This document shows, piece after piece, positions 1-13,000 of a stretch of DNA of 64,000 nt. The translations under genes and the position numbers were made by a program. The notes under the pieces were generated by a model. The model saw only the letters and a list, made by a program, of their open reading frames with translations. It was not told the origin of the DNA and ran no database searches. The stretch spans positions 107,820,001 to 107,884,000 of the forward strand of contig NC_045696.1 in assembly GCF_009834535.1 (NCBI RefSeq), in the 5' to 3' direction. This DNA is from Camelus ferus (Eukaryota). Numbering within the stretch: position 1 is the first letter of the stretch; the number at the start of each line of letters is the position of its first letter.

Positions 1-2013
1 CACATTCTTATGTCTGAAAATCTGATTCTTTGGGTAACCTAAATTAAGAGCCCTATCTTAAATGGAATGGTATTGGTAGCTGTACTTTTGTAATTAGACT
101 TTTGAATCCAAATACTGACCAAAGTGAAAAGCGAGAGGACTTTGGTAGAGAGAAACAAAGTAAAGCCATGTAAAAAGCCAAAATACAAACTGAGAAATTG
201 AATTTTGCTGAGTCTTAGAAATAGTTTAGATCATTATGGCTAATAAAACATTTAAACCATACCTGGCTTCTAAAAAAAATTACCTTTTTAGTATTTTTAA
301 TCTGAAATTTAAGAAAAAATAGCTTCCCTTCCCTGGTAAAGGTTGGATGGGATAGATTTCATGTACCACATAAATACTTTTAATCCTAATGATTTACCAG
401 TGTTTTGGTTATTGCATGTATTGTTTCCTAAATATGTAGTCATGTTTAAGCTTTTATTCTTTTGTGAACTATCAGAAACTAAGTTTAATAGTTACCACTT
501 TCTGTAACAGTTAAATGGAGGATCAGTTCTGATCATGAAGGTAAAGTAACAGGAAACTGGGAGGACGCAGACAGGAAGGATCGCTGACTCAGTAACTATC
601 AGTTGTTGGTGCATTTTCGAAATTCTCTTTTTCTCTACTTTTTGCCTACTGTAGCCCAAGGTTTGATTATTTCAGAGTTTGGCCTTCACACCAGCAAGGG
701 AACCAATGTGGGATAGAAAGGGAGCTATTCTGACATTCAGGACTTGTGGTTAAAACAAAAAATCCAGGGGAAAACTTGATGACTTTGACAGGTGGATATT
801 GAAAAGTTTCTTGGGGGTTTCTTATACTATCAGAAATTCCCATCTTTTTAAAATAGTTTATTTTCAATTTTATCTTCAAGGATATTGCAGGATTTTGGTG
901 GATTGTGGCTTGCTGAAAAATGTATTCTATAATGACCACTGTAGTAAAAATGAAATAGCTTTTTTTTTGTTTAAATGGGTGCCATCACCGTTCTCATCCA
1001 TTTTTGTGATAAATACTTAGGTCGATGCAATATTTCGAGTAGTTTGTTTTCAACGTGAAGCAAAGAAAATGTTTATATTGAGGACTTCCCTGTTAGCCTT
1101 CTCTAAGATTCAGTGATAAAAGGAGTATGTCTAGTTAGGAATTTTCATATATATTTAGATCTTCAAGTAGGCCTGATAGGAAGTGTAGATGGGATATCAG
1201 CTAATTTGGAGATTAATAAATCATTCAGTAAGTCTCTACAAATGTTAGATGAGTTAAAAGGAAACAAAGTCTGAGTCAAATTCTGTACTTGTCTTCAATT
1301 AAGTTTTTCTTCAGATTTTATATAAGAGCCACAGTAAGGATGAGGAAAGATTATTTAGAGCTTGCCAGCAAGGTTGGAAGGCCTAGTGGTTACAATACCT
1401 GAGGATGTAAAGTGACTAGCAGTTTGGCAGGTCATTGTGAAATTACATTAAACCAAGTAAGTTCAAGATCTTTGAACTCCAGTACACATATAATTAAGAG
1501 AAGTCTCTGAGATGTTTTGGCAGTGCTTTTATTACCAGGGCTAATTCAGTTCTGGAGGCCCTGACTGCTTTTTCAAGTTCCAGAATTTTCTGACTCAAGT
1601 TTTCTGCAAGTGAAGGTTTCTTCTGGGCTCCATGGGAGCCCTGATGGGCCTCAGGGATGCTGGACAACAGAGGCAACTCCTGCTTTTGTGCAGAGAACTG
1701 TGCTTGGCACTGTCCCCAAGAGATCCTTGGTACATTCAGGGGTGAAGAGTGCTGATTCACAGACTGGTGATAGAAACAAATTTGCTTCTGAGGAAAAGCT
1801 CTGTAAGAGGTTTGAGGCAAATTGGAGGAGTCTCCCAAATTGAGTATGTGTATCCAGAGCTATTGCTCAAAAACGTTTAAAAGTGCCTACTGCAGATACA
1901 CATTTGCAGAAATCAAAGTCTTTAAAAAGCAGTTTGCAAACTAGAGCATCTCTTCACAAGAAAAAAAAAAAACACTTAAAGTACGCATCTCCCTTTCACG
2001 TAGACGTCGGCAG
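1..2013 (-). other. PPP2R3A: PPP2R3A 3' UTR (probably continues past the left edge); candidate AATAAA signals at 1528-1533, 857-862 and 453-458
   Basis: Repeat-poor, AT-rich sequence directly downstream of the stop codon; TTTATT hexamers on the + strand. Confidence 0.7.
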
Positions 2014-2140
2014 CTATCCTTCATCCACTGACTGAAGCTTGCCACTCTTCTCTGGAAGGCTTGAGGTTACTATTTTATTGCCTTTGTTTCCAATTTCAGA
2101 GGGAGAGGCAGGTTCCTCTGTTTCATAATCTTCAAAGGAG
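2014..2140 (-). CDS. PPP2R3A: PPP2R3A last coding exon (exon 14), (G)SFEDYETEEPASPSEIGNKGNKIVTSSLPEKSGKLQSVDEG*
   Basis: Acceptor TTCTTTCAG|C, stop TAG at 2014-2016; resembles the recalled human C-terminus FEDYETDEPASPSEFGNK...KLQSVDEE. Confidence 0.93.
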
Positions 2141-3261
2141 CTGAAAGAACAAAGCAAAAGTGAGTTACTGATTTTTTTTAAAGAAGTTTTAATGTTTGGG
2201 TAGAAGTCAGTATGGCAAACTAGAGACTGAAGACCAACTTGCCAAAGTACCCTGAGGTGCTAAATGGCAGCTGAGAACAGCTGAGCCGCCCTGGAGGAGA
2301 CAGTGCTCTGGAAGAGAAAACACATTCTCCTTGTTCCTTAAAGCTCAGGTTAACATTAAGAGTATGTTGAAAATGTGCTACTGTATCAAGCCTTCCGTAG
2401 GGGCCTTGATGGGAATGAGAGCATGATGGATGATGCTAGGTTAGGGAGGGTATGAGGTCCGGAAAGTATGAGCTTTACATGAATGCTTTCATGAAGTGGC
2501 TTCCACGCAAAGTGAGGGACTTTCTCACCTCTCAGACTGCTTTATAGCTTCCGTGAATTCCAAGGAGTACATTTAAGATGTACATACATCTGTGTACACA
2601 CAGCAAACCAAAGCCCATTCATGGTTTTCCTTCCATTCTTTGCAGAATTCCATAGCCTATTCCCTCTGCTCATGCCCCCTGCAGAGGTTATTTGTATCCC
2701 CTGAGTTCCATGCCCTCCAGGCTACGGCTAAGGATGGCTTTAGGCAGGAATGACAAAACATTTTACTTCGTGGGAATGATGGCTTCATCTGTGCAGAAAT
2801 TTCTGGACATAAAGGCCTTTTATCAAAAAGGTACCAAGACTGGCTAGTAAGGAAAACTGTGCTGAGGCAGGAATACCCAGTAGGTGGCAACTATTCATAG
2901 AGGGTAGAGAATGTTAAATTTGTATTAAGCCGATTTGATATTTGGAAAACTTTCTAGTTTATGATTCTATCAGGAATTATTTACAACTGTCCTTTTGCAA
3001 AAATATTCCATACTTAACTTTAGTTTCTACTCTCCCCTCCTCTCTTTGCTTTAATGGAAGTGAAGCAGGGTTGATGGTACAGCCTCCATCTCTGGGCAAA
3101 AAAATTCTCAAAAGTTAATTCTGGAAATGCAGTGTCAGACACTGGCTGCTTATTTCCTGCCAGAGTGGAAGACATTTTCTTCCTCTTGGTGACCTAACTT
3201 GCTGTCTTCGAGCTCTCAATGCAGATCAGGGAATAAGTTAAAGAGTTAAGTTTGAACTGAG

Positions 3262-3365
3262 ACTCATTCAGTAAATATTTGAGCTACTGTTGCTAAGCAT
3301 GAGCCAAATGCTAGGAATACAATGGTGAAAAAGACTGAACCCACCCCCTTCCTCACAGCACTTGT
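3262..3365 (-). mobile_element. L2 3' end fragment
   Basis: TCATTCAGTAAATATTTGAGC...GCTAGGAATACAATGGTGAAAAAGAC resembles the reverse complement of the L2 tail. Confidence 0.6.
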
Positions 3366-3384
3366 AGCCATTAATGGAGGCCAT

Positions 3385-3620
3385 CTGGATAGTGGTTAAG
3401 TGGTTTAGCCTCAGAGCATAGGCTTTGGAGTCCAAAGTCGGGTTCTAATCTCAGTTTGGTCACTTTGTGTCAGTTTGGTGACATTGGGCTTGTTACTTAA
3501 CCCCTCTGCATCAGTTTCCTCCACTATTAGCATTTCCTTCCCCTTATAAGGGTTGAATGGAGATTAGGTGACAGGGCCTATAAATCAGAAACTCTTGGAA
3601 AATATAAGGTACTATTCTCA
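3385..3620 (+). mobile_element. MIR SINE
   Basis: TAGTGGTTAAG...GGCTTTGGAGTC...GGGTTCTAATCTCAG...TTACTTAACCCCTCTGCATCAGTTTCCTC core. Confidence 0.75.
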
Positions 3621-3999
3621 TGATGGAACAGTGCAGGGGCTTACTGAAGCAGAATGGTGAAAACTAATCCTATACTGGGAGGCAGGGTCACATTTTTTGT
3701 GTAACCTGTGAATAGAATTTTTGTTTTTACAAAAGAATACATATTTTCCCCCCACTGTAACTTCATACCACAAATGGACTTCTAACAATGGATATGATCC
3801 ATTCTTGTACTTAAAAATATTCCATGCCCAATGGGTTGGATGTAGTGGAATGTCACCTGCATTTATTCTGTACTTTCAAGGGACTAAGAGCAGTAATATA
3901 CACAGAAACTTTGGAGGAATCTTATGGATTGAAGGAGTTTATTCAAAACCTTGTCAGTGTCCTTTTGTCAGTGTCGCGGTGACTCCTCTTACCCTAATT

Positions 4000-4235
4000 C
4001 AGTAGTTCTCAACTGGGGGTCATCCCCCCAGGGCCGCTGATGGGGACATTTGGCAATGTCTGGAGAGACACATGTTTTTTGGAGACATACTTGACTGTCA
4101 GAACTGGGTCGGTCCTATTGGCATCTAGTGGGTAGAGTCCAGAAATGTTGCTAAACATCCTACAATGTGCTAGACAATGCCTCACAACAGAATTACCCAG
4201 CTTAAGACAATCAGTGCTGTTTTTGAGAAACCCTG
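4000..4235 (+). mobile_element. MER20 (hAT-Charlie MITE), full length
   Basis: CAGTAGTTCTCAA...TTGAGAAACCCTG termini; internal GGGGACATTTGGCAATGTCTGGAG and GGCATCTAGTGGGTAGAG; degenerate 8-bp TSD CCCTAATT/CTCTAAGT. Confidence 0.88.
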
Positions 4236-4244
4236 CTCTAAGTC

Positions 4245-5475
4245 TTGCCCCTTCAGTGTCAGTGCGTCCCAGAGTTCTGGACTAACTTCCTTCATTTTGT
4301 GCTTCCTTGAGCAATCAGTCTTTCTCATGATTTTATCCACCACTTGTTCACCTGTGGTTTCTCAGTGTACATGTCCAACCTCAGCCTCTTTCTAAGCTGG
4401 AGATGCCACGTATCCAGCTGTCTGTGTGGCTCCTCCAGTGTGGCAGCATGTACAAACCGGGGCCCGTCCTTCCCACGCCCCTGGCTCTCCCTGTTGTAGT
4501 GAACACCATGATCTGCCCACTCAAAGCCGTAAGCCAAAGTTATTCCAAGTTCCCTTTTTCTCTCCCCTCCCCTCTTCAAATCCAGCCAGGCTCTCCCACC
4601 ATGCTCAGCACCACATGGACGCAGTGGTGTCTTCATCGCCGCGGACTAAGTTCGGGGCACTCTGCTTTCCTGCTCGGGTCCCCGCAGTGGTTTTCACCCG
4701 CTAGCCTTCCTGCCTCTGCTCCTGTCGCACACCCTCTGCTACGGCCATGCCAGACTGTTTACAGTGTCAGAGCGGGTTGTGGTCGTGGGACCTGATGCTG
4801 CTAAGTGTTTTCCAGTGGCCTGCAGTACCCTTCTCCCTTTGGTTACCTTGCGCTCATCTTTTAGTCTGAGATGTCACTTAAAAGGTTCCCGATTCCCAGG
4901 ACCTTGGCTACCACCATCTCTTATTTAGACGCCTGTAATGGCTTCCTTATGGATGACTCCTGGCCTCTCCTCTTACACCTCTACCAGTCTAGCAGAGCAA
5001 TCTTCAAGAAATCCAAGTGGGGTGACAGTACTTCCTTGCTTAATTCTTCAATAGCTTCCCTAGGCCGGCATGGTCTGGCCCCTGCTCATCTTACCAGCCA
5101 CATTTCCCTCTGTTGCTTACCATACTCCAGTGACACTGGCCTTTTAACACACTTAACAGAGTTTCCTTCCTCAATGCCGTGGCACATAGTTTTCTCTCTG
5201 TCTAGAACATTTTTTTGCTCCCTGCTTTTTGCCTGTTTCCTTCTCAACTTATAGGTTCTCATCACCTCCTCATGAAATTCTTCCCTCAGCACCCTAAGTT
5301 GCAAGCCTCTCTCCATTATCAGTTTACCCTGTGAATTTTTTCCATAATTATATAATTAAATGTCTGTCATCCCCACTCAGCTGTAGTATGTCCATCTTGT
5401 AACTCACTGTTTTCCTTGGGTTGTAGTACAGTGTCTGGCACCAGGTGCTTTAAAGGTCATGCTGAATGAAAGATG
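4245..5475 (+). mobile_element. L2 LINE fragments (3' region)
   Basis: Degenerate L2 motifs ending GTACAGTGTCTGGCAC...GCTGAATGAA. Confidence 0.6.
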
Positions 5476-6336
5476 ATGCCCTAATGCTCCTGCAAAACGA
5501 TGGGTGGAGTCGTTGGGGAAGGCTGGGGTTAGTAAAGTGGTGAGAACGTGGAAGTCATCTTGAGGTCACTGAAGTCAGAACTGTGAGAACCGTAATCTTT
5601 ATCCTGTTCTCCAAGAATTCCTGAGGGTGAGAGAGTGTTTACTGATTCCTTCTAAATGACCACTTTCAGATTTACTTGAAGGTCATTGGGATTCCTCTGG
5701 GATCAAATGAAGATCATTTTATGTTAATTGGCCACTTTTAAGTGAGTACAGGAGTCAATTAAAGCAGAACTCAGTGTTCACAGTTTATTAAGAAACTCTA
5801 TGGATCAAACTGAGAACAAATTCTTTACCTTAGTAGTTAACAGTATTGTTAACATAGGGAAAAAACAATAGTTCATGTATTTTTGCTAGCACTATGACAG
5901 GCAATATGTTTCCCTAAGTCAGTTTCCCCTTTCAGATGAGCAAATTTTGGGCAAAAGAATTAAGGCTAGTTCTGCAGATTCCCGGGACGGAAGTATGATA
6001 GCTGGAGTTAGCAGAAATATGTGGTCTGAAAAGGGATTTGTGTGCAGTTTCAGGGTCCTGTCTGGGAACTGCGGCATGATTTTACTTTTGGGATTCTCAC
6101 TATTTACAGGGGCAAAGGGATAGAGTGTTTGTTTCAGGGCTTGTCTGAGGAAATCTAAGATATATGGTGGCTATAAGCATAGAATAAAATGTTAAAACAG
6201 TTCTCTGATTTGTAGTCTATAATGCTTCCGAAATAGGAAAGGATGAATTTTACCTTTATAGTTTTAAGAACAGCTATTTCAAGCCATTTGTATAAAATGG
6301 ACTAACTGAAATACTCGGTTCAAAGAATTTTTTTTT

Positions 6337-6552
6337 AATTTTTTATTGATTTCTAATCATTTTACAATGTTGTGTCAAATTCCAGTGTTCAGCACAATTT
6401 TTCAGTTATTCATGGACATATACACACGCATTGTCACATTTTTTCCTCTGTGAGTTATCATAACATTTTGTGTATATTTCCCTGTGCTATACAGTGTAGT
6501 CTATTCTACAATTCTGAAATCCCAGTCTATCCCTTCCCACCCTCCGCCCCCC
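6337..6552 (-). mobile_element. Short, relatively young L1 3' end with TSD
   Basis: Poly(T)+TTTATT followed by L1 3' UTR (TTTCCCTGTGCTATACAG...CCCTTCCCACCC); TSD AAGAATTT(C)TTTTT at 6323 and 6553. Confidence 0.8.
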
Positions 6553-7270
6553 AAGAATTTCTTTTTTGATCCATTCAATGACTAGAAAAATCTTTTGCTT
6601 CAATTTTTGTTAAAGTTTCCAAATATGTACCACCTACTCTCCTGCCTCAGAAACTTGATCACATTTCATTTCTGATGGCTGAGGGCCTCTTGTAGTTCTA
6701 GGGTCGTGAGCCATCTGTGTTCACTGCTACTGTTTTGGATGTAGATAGTATAAAAATTTGGGTTAGGTATATTCTGATTATGAACTTGAAGGGAGGGACA
6801 GGGTTTAATTCATTTTTATTACCAACCACAGTGTCTGGCAAAGTAGGTACCAGTGAATATCTATTGAAGTAAATTAAAATTGGGCATTGATTTGTTGAAT
6901 GCAGAAAAATTAAAATATATTAACTTTAGGTTCAAATAAAGACTATTTACTGACCATTATTAAAATAATGACTCAACTATTCTACTTGTAAGATTATAAT
7001 TCATGCCCCAGCATACACACGTGTTCCCCACCTTCATTACTGCTGCTCCTTTGCTGAACTTCCCCACTTCACTGAAGACATTTAGCTCCTCACAAGCCTT
7101 TACTCCAGACTTGACTCTCACTAGCGTACATTCTGGAAGATCACTCCAGTGGGTTTTGGGTGGCCTTCTTTGCCTGCAGTGTCTTATTTTTTCCAGTGCT
7201 GATTGAAGTAAATGGTAGAACTCTTACAAAGGCTAATTCAATGTATGTTTATATTTAATATAAATAAAGG

Positions 7271-7509
7271 GGGTCGCTCGCTCTCCTGCATTCTGAGACG
7301 GCCCGCACTCTGTCTATGGAGTGTGGATCTACTTTTACTTTAAACTAAACACCCCCACACCTCTCCATCTCTCTCCCTCTTGCCTTTCTGAGATGGCCCA
7401 CATTCTGTGTATGGAGTGTCTATCTCCTAAGCCGTTTTCCCTTCTGAGACAGACCCCACTCTGTGGAGTGTGTATCTCTCTAAATAAACCTGCTTTCACT
7501 TAAGAAAAA
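7271..7509 (+). mobile_element. Poly(A)-tailed retrocopy of an LTR-like (R-region) RNA with three internal ~33-bp repeats
   Basis: Three copies of TTCTGAGAYRGCCCRCAYTCTGT(CTAT)GGAGTGT; AATAAA at 7483-7488; poly(A) from about 7502; TSD AAATAAAGG (7262-7270)/AAAAAAAGG (7510-7518). Confidence 0.6.
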
Positions 7510-8527
7510 AAAAAAAGGAAAAGCCACCTTTAAAAACATTCAGTAGAAAACAGTTCTTCTAAATTATGTAAATGTCTAATGACAGGGAAAATGGATGTGT
7601 TACTGCTTGAGAGAATACCCTGCACCATTATAAGTCATGTTTTTGAACACACTAGTAACATTAAGCATCAAAAGGAAATATACCGAAGTGTAAATAATGG
7701 TTATACCTGGATGACTGAACCAAGGGTGATTTTAATATCTTTATATTTTCCATTTTCTGCAGCAAGCCTATCTTTACTAATCAGATAAAGACTCAGAATA
7801 AAAAAGAAAATTGTGCTTAATCTAGGTTAATCAAATGTAAAGCTATTGGTGAAATACCAGAATATCCTGTAAGAAAGTATTTTTAAGATAATGTGAGACT
7901 TTTAACTAAAAATCTGAGGCAATCAAGTATTTGCCAAATTGGCAGAAAAGCTTGTTTCTGATTATTGCAGGTCTCAGTTTAAGAAAGCAACATGGAGTAC
8001 CTTTTAGCCAGCTTTTAACAATTTTTGTGGCATTTTAAGCTTACTGAAGAAATCGTAAGAATGTTAATTCAAACAAATCTGGTGTCATAACCTGTTATCT
8101 CCATATAGGTGACACATTTAGTTGAACAAGTTTATGTAACTGGTACCCTGGCTTTCTGGTTTCCCCTGTGACCATTCATTAGCTTGGCTGAATTTATACA
8201 AAACGCTGTTGTATGCTGTGATCGTGTTGTGTGCTAGATGGAATAATTCACGATGTTTGCAGCCTCATTCCTGTACCCTCGGCCCTCTTTCACATCACTG
8301 AAATATGGAGTCATTCCTAGGTTACCTATTATTTTTAATTACTAGGTTACTTATTGAAAGCATTACCTTGAATCAGCTGGTACAGGCACTGCCCAAAGGC
8401 GACCTATAATGTTAGATGGTAAAGTAGATGGAGAATTTCAAGTTGTTTTTGGAGGGTCAAGCTGTCTGGGCTCCTGCAGTTATCCTTGTAGTGAGGGTAG
8501 CTTCTGCATTATTGCTGCCTTCTGTGC

Positions 8528-9290
8528 CACTCAGTAAATATCTTCTGAGGTCACATCCCCGACAGTCTGCCAGGTGCTGGGGTTACCAGATGAGTAAAAC
8601 ATGGTGCTTTTGCCCTAAAGGAGCCCATGTTCCAGTGGAATCACCAATGGGTCCACTGTCCCCAGAACTTACATGCCAGACGCTGTCAGATACATTATAT
8701 ACATTATCTCTAGTTCTGAGAACAGTCCTGTTGTTCACGCAGCCGATATGTACTGTGTGCCAACTGTGTGCCTTGTTCTGTGTTCTGGGAATGAAGGGGA
8801 CGAGGTCGGCAGTGGAATGCTAATGTTACACCTGACTGAATTCTAGTTCAGAGAGGTTATGTAATGTGGCCAGGATCACAGCCGTGGTAGTAATAACAGC
8901 CATTGTTGATTGATCACACAGGCACTATGCCTAAGGGCAAAATATAATATATACATTGTTTTATTTAATCCTTAAAGAGGGCCGTGTGGCAGGCGTGTCC
9001 CCACTGAGGCTTGCACGCCTAAGTGATAGAGCAAGGATTTGAATTTAATAAATCTGTCTAACTCCAAATTCTGGGCTTTTAACCTTTCAGTAATAGTTAC
9101 GATTGGTCAGGTGTCTCCTACGTGCCAGGTGTTTATGTGTATGAGGTTCTCACAAGCTTGGAAGGTAGCTGCTGGTATCTTCTGAACCTGAGCCTCAGGA
9201 GTCAGATAACCTGCCCAGCTGGCGAGTGGCAGGCAGAGCCAGATCTGTCTGGCTCCTAAGCCTCTGCCTTTCCGTGGTACTACCCATTCT
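8528..9290 (-). mobile_element. Cluster of L2 and MIR fragments
   Basis: CACTCAGTAAATAT...TGCCAGGTGCTGGGG (L2); TCAGAGAGGTTATGTAATGTGGCCAGGATCACAG and GGATTTGAA...CTGTCTAACTCCAAA (MIR). Confidence 0.6.
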
Positions 9291-10019
9291 TCCTCCCTTT
9301 CTAATATTTGAGTCTGGTAATTTCTGTTGGACGAACTCACCCTGACTTATTTGTAATTCTTCTTGAGATGAAGCACTTGGTGGTGTAGCCTTGGAATTCT
9401 GGGTCTGGAATTTCGAACCATGGCGGTCAGCTATTAACAGCTGTAAACAGGCCTCGTTTGTTGACATTCTAGTGCTCGCTCTGCAGGCTGCGGCTGTCGG
9501 AAGGCTCCTCTCCCCTCGAGACCTCGTCACCCACATGTGCTCTGCGCAGCCCTTAGCTTATCTCCCACAACATGAGAAGAGGGTGTCCAGCAGAAGCCTC
9601 TCATATACACACTGGTCGAATTTCACCACAGCTGGTCTCTGCTTCTCCCTCTCGTGACCCCTCACCTGTCCTTCTGTCTGCGTCCCTTTGTCTCCTGTCT
9701 CTCCCTTCCACACACTTGGCTCCTTCTCTGAGCACCACCACAACTAGAAAAAGCCTTTTGCTTGAGCCAATTATTCTCTTTAGCTGCCATCAGGTTCTCA
9801 TCTTTTTAGGCTAACAAACTTAAGTGTTTAGACCTGTTATCTCTTTTTTTTTTCTTCTTTTAATGCAGGTTACAAACCAATATGTAGTATAAAACTCCGT
9901 TTTTGTAAAACAAATGACTTATCTATTTGCAAAGAAATGTGAAGGATATACTCCTAAATGATAAATCAGACTGTCTCTCGTGGTGGATTTTAGGTGAAGA
10001 TTTTCATTTCTATTTTCTA

Positions 10020-13000
10020 ACTCAGTGAATACATATTACCTATGTCAACAGTTAAAGGGGAAAAATAACTTTTTCCTGTTTATGGAAGTAATACATGCTC
10101 ATTATACAAATCTTGTAAGTTACAGAACAGTATAAAAAGCCAAATTACTTGCAATCCCACAGCCCAGAGTTAACCGCTGTTAATATTCTGGAGCCTTATC
10201 ATTTAGCTTGTGCAGATAGCGACACACATTTTTAATACTGAGATTATATCACAATTTTATAACCCTCATTTTTCTGTTATGTTTTTGTGCAAGCACTAAA
10301 TTTAAATGTCTGCATTATATGACACACGGATACCATGACTTACTTAACTATTATTGTACATTTGTGTTGCTTTGAATTTTTTTATTTTAGAATTACCTGT
10401 GACCAGTGCCAATCGTTTGGATAGAACAGTTCTATCTAAATTCCTGATTATTTACAATAGATACCCAGAATTAGAATTGTGAGTCAAAGGGTATAAATTC
10501 AGGCTTTTGCAACATATTGTCAAATTAATTTCCAGGGGGGCTGGGCCAATTTGCTTCTGCCAGCAATATCTGAAAGTGTTTGTCCTACTGTACAGTGAGC
10601 CTGGAGTGAGGTGTTACTACAACCTGCAGCTTCTGTGAGAGCAGTTCGGGCACTATTTTAATTGCACCTGCCTGTTTCTCCCTGCTAAGGCAGGGATCCT
10701 GTCTGTGCTCACCAATATCCAGTAATGCTTAGTACACAGGAGGAATGCAAACATTCATTGAATTAATACCATCTTTAAAAAATTACTACCAATTTAATAA
10801 GCTATACTTCTTTTGCCTCTCACTTTTAAAAAAAGTTTAATTTAACTTTAATTTACATATCATAGAGTTCACTGATCATAAGTGTTTAATGTGCTTTAGT
10901 AAATTTTTACAACTGTGCAACCGTCGCCACAATCCAATTTTAGAATACTTTCATCTCTCCATCTGTCCCTCCTCTCCCTTGCGTCTGTCTGCATTCACTT
11001 TCTACTCTCAATCCTGGAACTAGACAACCACTGACCTGCTTTCTGGTTCTATAATTTTGCCTTTTCTAGAAATTTCACATAGATAGAATCAATAATATGT
11101 AGTCTTTAGTGTCTGGCTTCTTTCCTGTAGAATGGTATTTTTGAGATTCATCCATATTGTTACATGTATTAGGAGTTCTTTTATTTATTGAGATGTAATT
11201 GACATATAATAAGTTGCTCATATTTAAAGTGTACAATTAATAAATTTTGCCTTTTGCATATACCTGTAAAAGCATTGCAACAATCAAGATCATGAAATAG
11301 CCATCCCCCTACAAAAGGTTCTCATTCTCCTTTATAACCACTATGGCCCTCCCCACTGGTTTGCTTTCTGTCATTGTAGATTAGCATGCGTTTTCTAGAA
11401 TTTTACATAAATGGAAATCATGCCAAATTGGAATATACTCTTTTTGTCTAGCTTCCTTCCCCTGGCTTGAGATTCACTCATATTGTTATGTTTGTCAATA
11501 GTTCATTCCTTTTTTTTTTTTATTGCTGAGCAGCATTCCATTATATGGACATACTGTATTTTTCAGTTTACCAGTTTAGTGGATATTTGGATTATTTCCA
11601 GTTTGGGGCTACCATGAATAATATTGCTATAAACTTTCATGTACAAGTCTTTGAGTGAACATTTCTCTTGGGTAGATTCCTAGGAGTGGAATTGCTGATT
11701 CATATAATAAGTGTGTTTAACTTTTTAAGAAATTGCCGAATGTTTCTAAAGAGGCTATATAATGTTACATCCCCATCAGTCCAATGTATGAGGGGAGGCT
11801 CCAGCTTCTCCACACTATTGCCAACTGGTGATTTTAGGTGTTCCAGTGACTGTGTAGTGAATCTCACTGTGGTTTTAATTAACATTTTCCTAATGTCTAA
11901 CGATGTAAAGCATCTTTTCATATACCTATTTGCTGTTTGTACCTCTAATTTAGTTAAATGTTTATTCAAATATTTTGCCCATTTAAAAAATTAGATTGTC
12001 TTTTTTTATTATTGAGCTGTAAATATTCTTTATATATTATGGATAGAGGTCTTTATCAGAATGTTCTGGAAATATTTTCCCCTAGTGTGTCTCTTGATTT
12101 TTTGAATGGTGTCTTTGAAGAACAATCGTTTTTAATTTTGAAGGAAGTCCAATTTATTAATATTTTTATTGCTCTTGCCTAACCCAAGTTCACAATGATT
12201 TTCTCCCATGTTTCATTCTAGAAGCTTTAGAATTTTAGCTTTTACATTTTGGTCTCTTCCATTTTGAGATAATTATTTTTGCATATGGTATGAGATACGG
12301 ATTATGGGTTCTTTTTTTGCATATGGACATCCGATTATTTCAGCATCATTTTGAAAAGACTACCCTTTTCCCTTTGGTTGAAAATTAACTGGCCATATAT
12401 ATGAGGGTCTATTTCTACAGTGTTTCATTGACCTATGTGTATACTTACCAGTTCTACAATGTCTTGATGATTGTTTCCTTTATGGTAAGTTTTGAAGTCA
12501 GGCAGCATAGGTCTTTCAACTTTGTTCTTTTTAAAAAGTGTTTGGCTATTTTAGGTACTCTGCATTTCTATATAAATTTTTGGGTCAATTTGCCAATTTC
12601 TATAGCAAAAGCCTGTAGGGACTTTGATAGGGGATGGGTTAAATCTGCAGATCAATTTGGGAAGAACTGACATTTTAACAATACTGAGCTTTCTAATTCT
12701 CATTATTTGGGTCTTTAATTTTGCTCAGCACTGTTTTGCAGTTTTTGGTGTGCAAGTATTATAGTTCTTTTATTATATTTATTCCTAAGTATTTTTGATG
12801 CTATTCTGAATAGAATTATTATTTTTATTTGAATTTCACTATTTCATTGCTCATTGCTAGTCCCTGGAAATACAACTGATTTTTGTACACTGAGCTTGTA
12901 TTCTAAGACTTTGTTAACTCATATATTAGTTCAGGGAGCTTTTATGCAGATTTCTTGGTGTTTTCTACTTAAAGGATACATTATCTATGAACGTCTTCCT

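Noticed and set aside
1..600. 3' end of the neighbouring convergent gene (MSL2 in human synteny, from memory)
   Set aside because: No MSL2 coding sequence is visible, and the region is explained as PPP2R3A 3' UTR
4177..5316. Cluster of overlapping 70-130 aa ORFs
   Set aside because: They lie in GC-richer L2/MER20 remnants, with no recognisable protein similarity or splice structure
7291..7472. CRISPR-like repeat-spacer array
   Set aside because: Mammalian intron with only three diverged units, irregular spacing and no cas genes; it fits LTR-internal repeats
9400..9720. CpG-enriched patch as an internal promoter
   Set aside because: Too short and too sparse for a CpG island, with no other support
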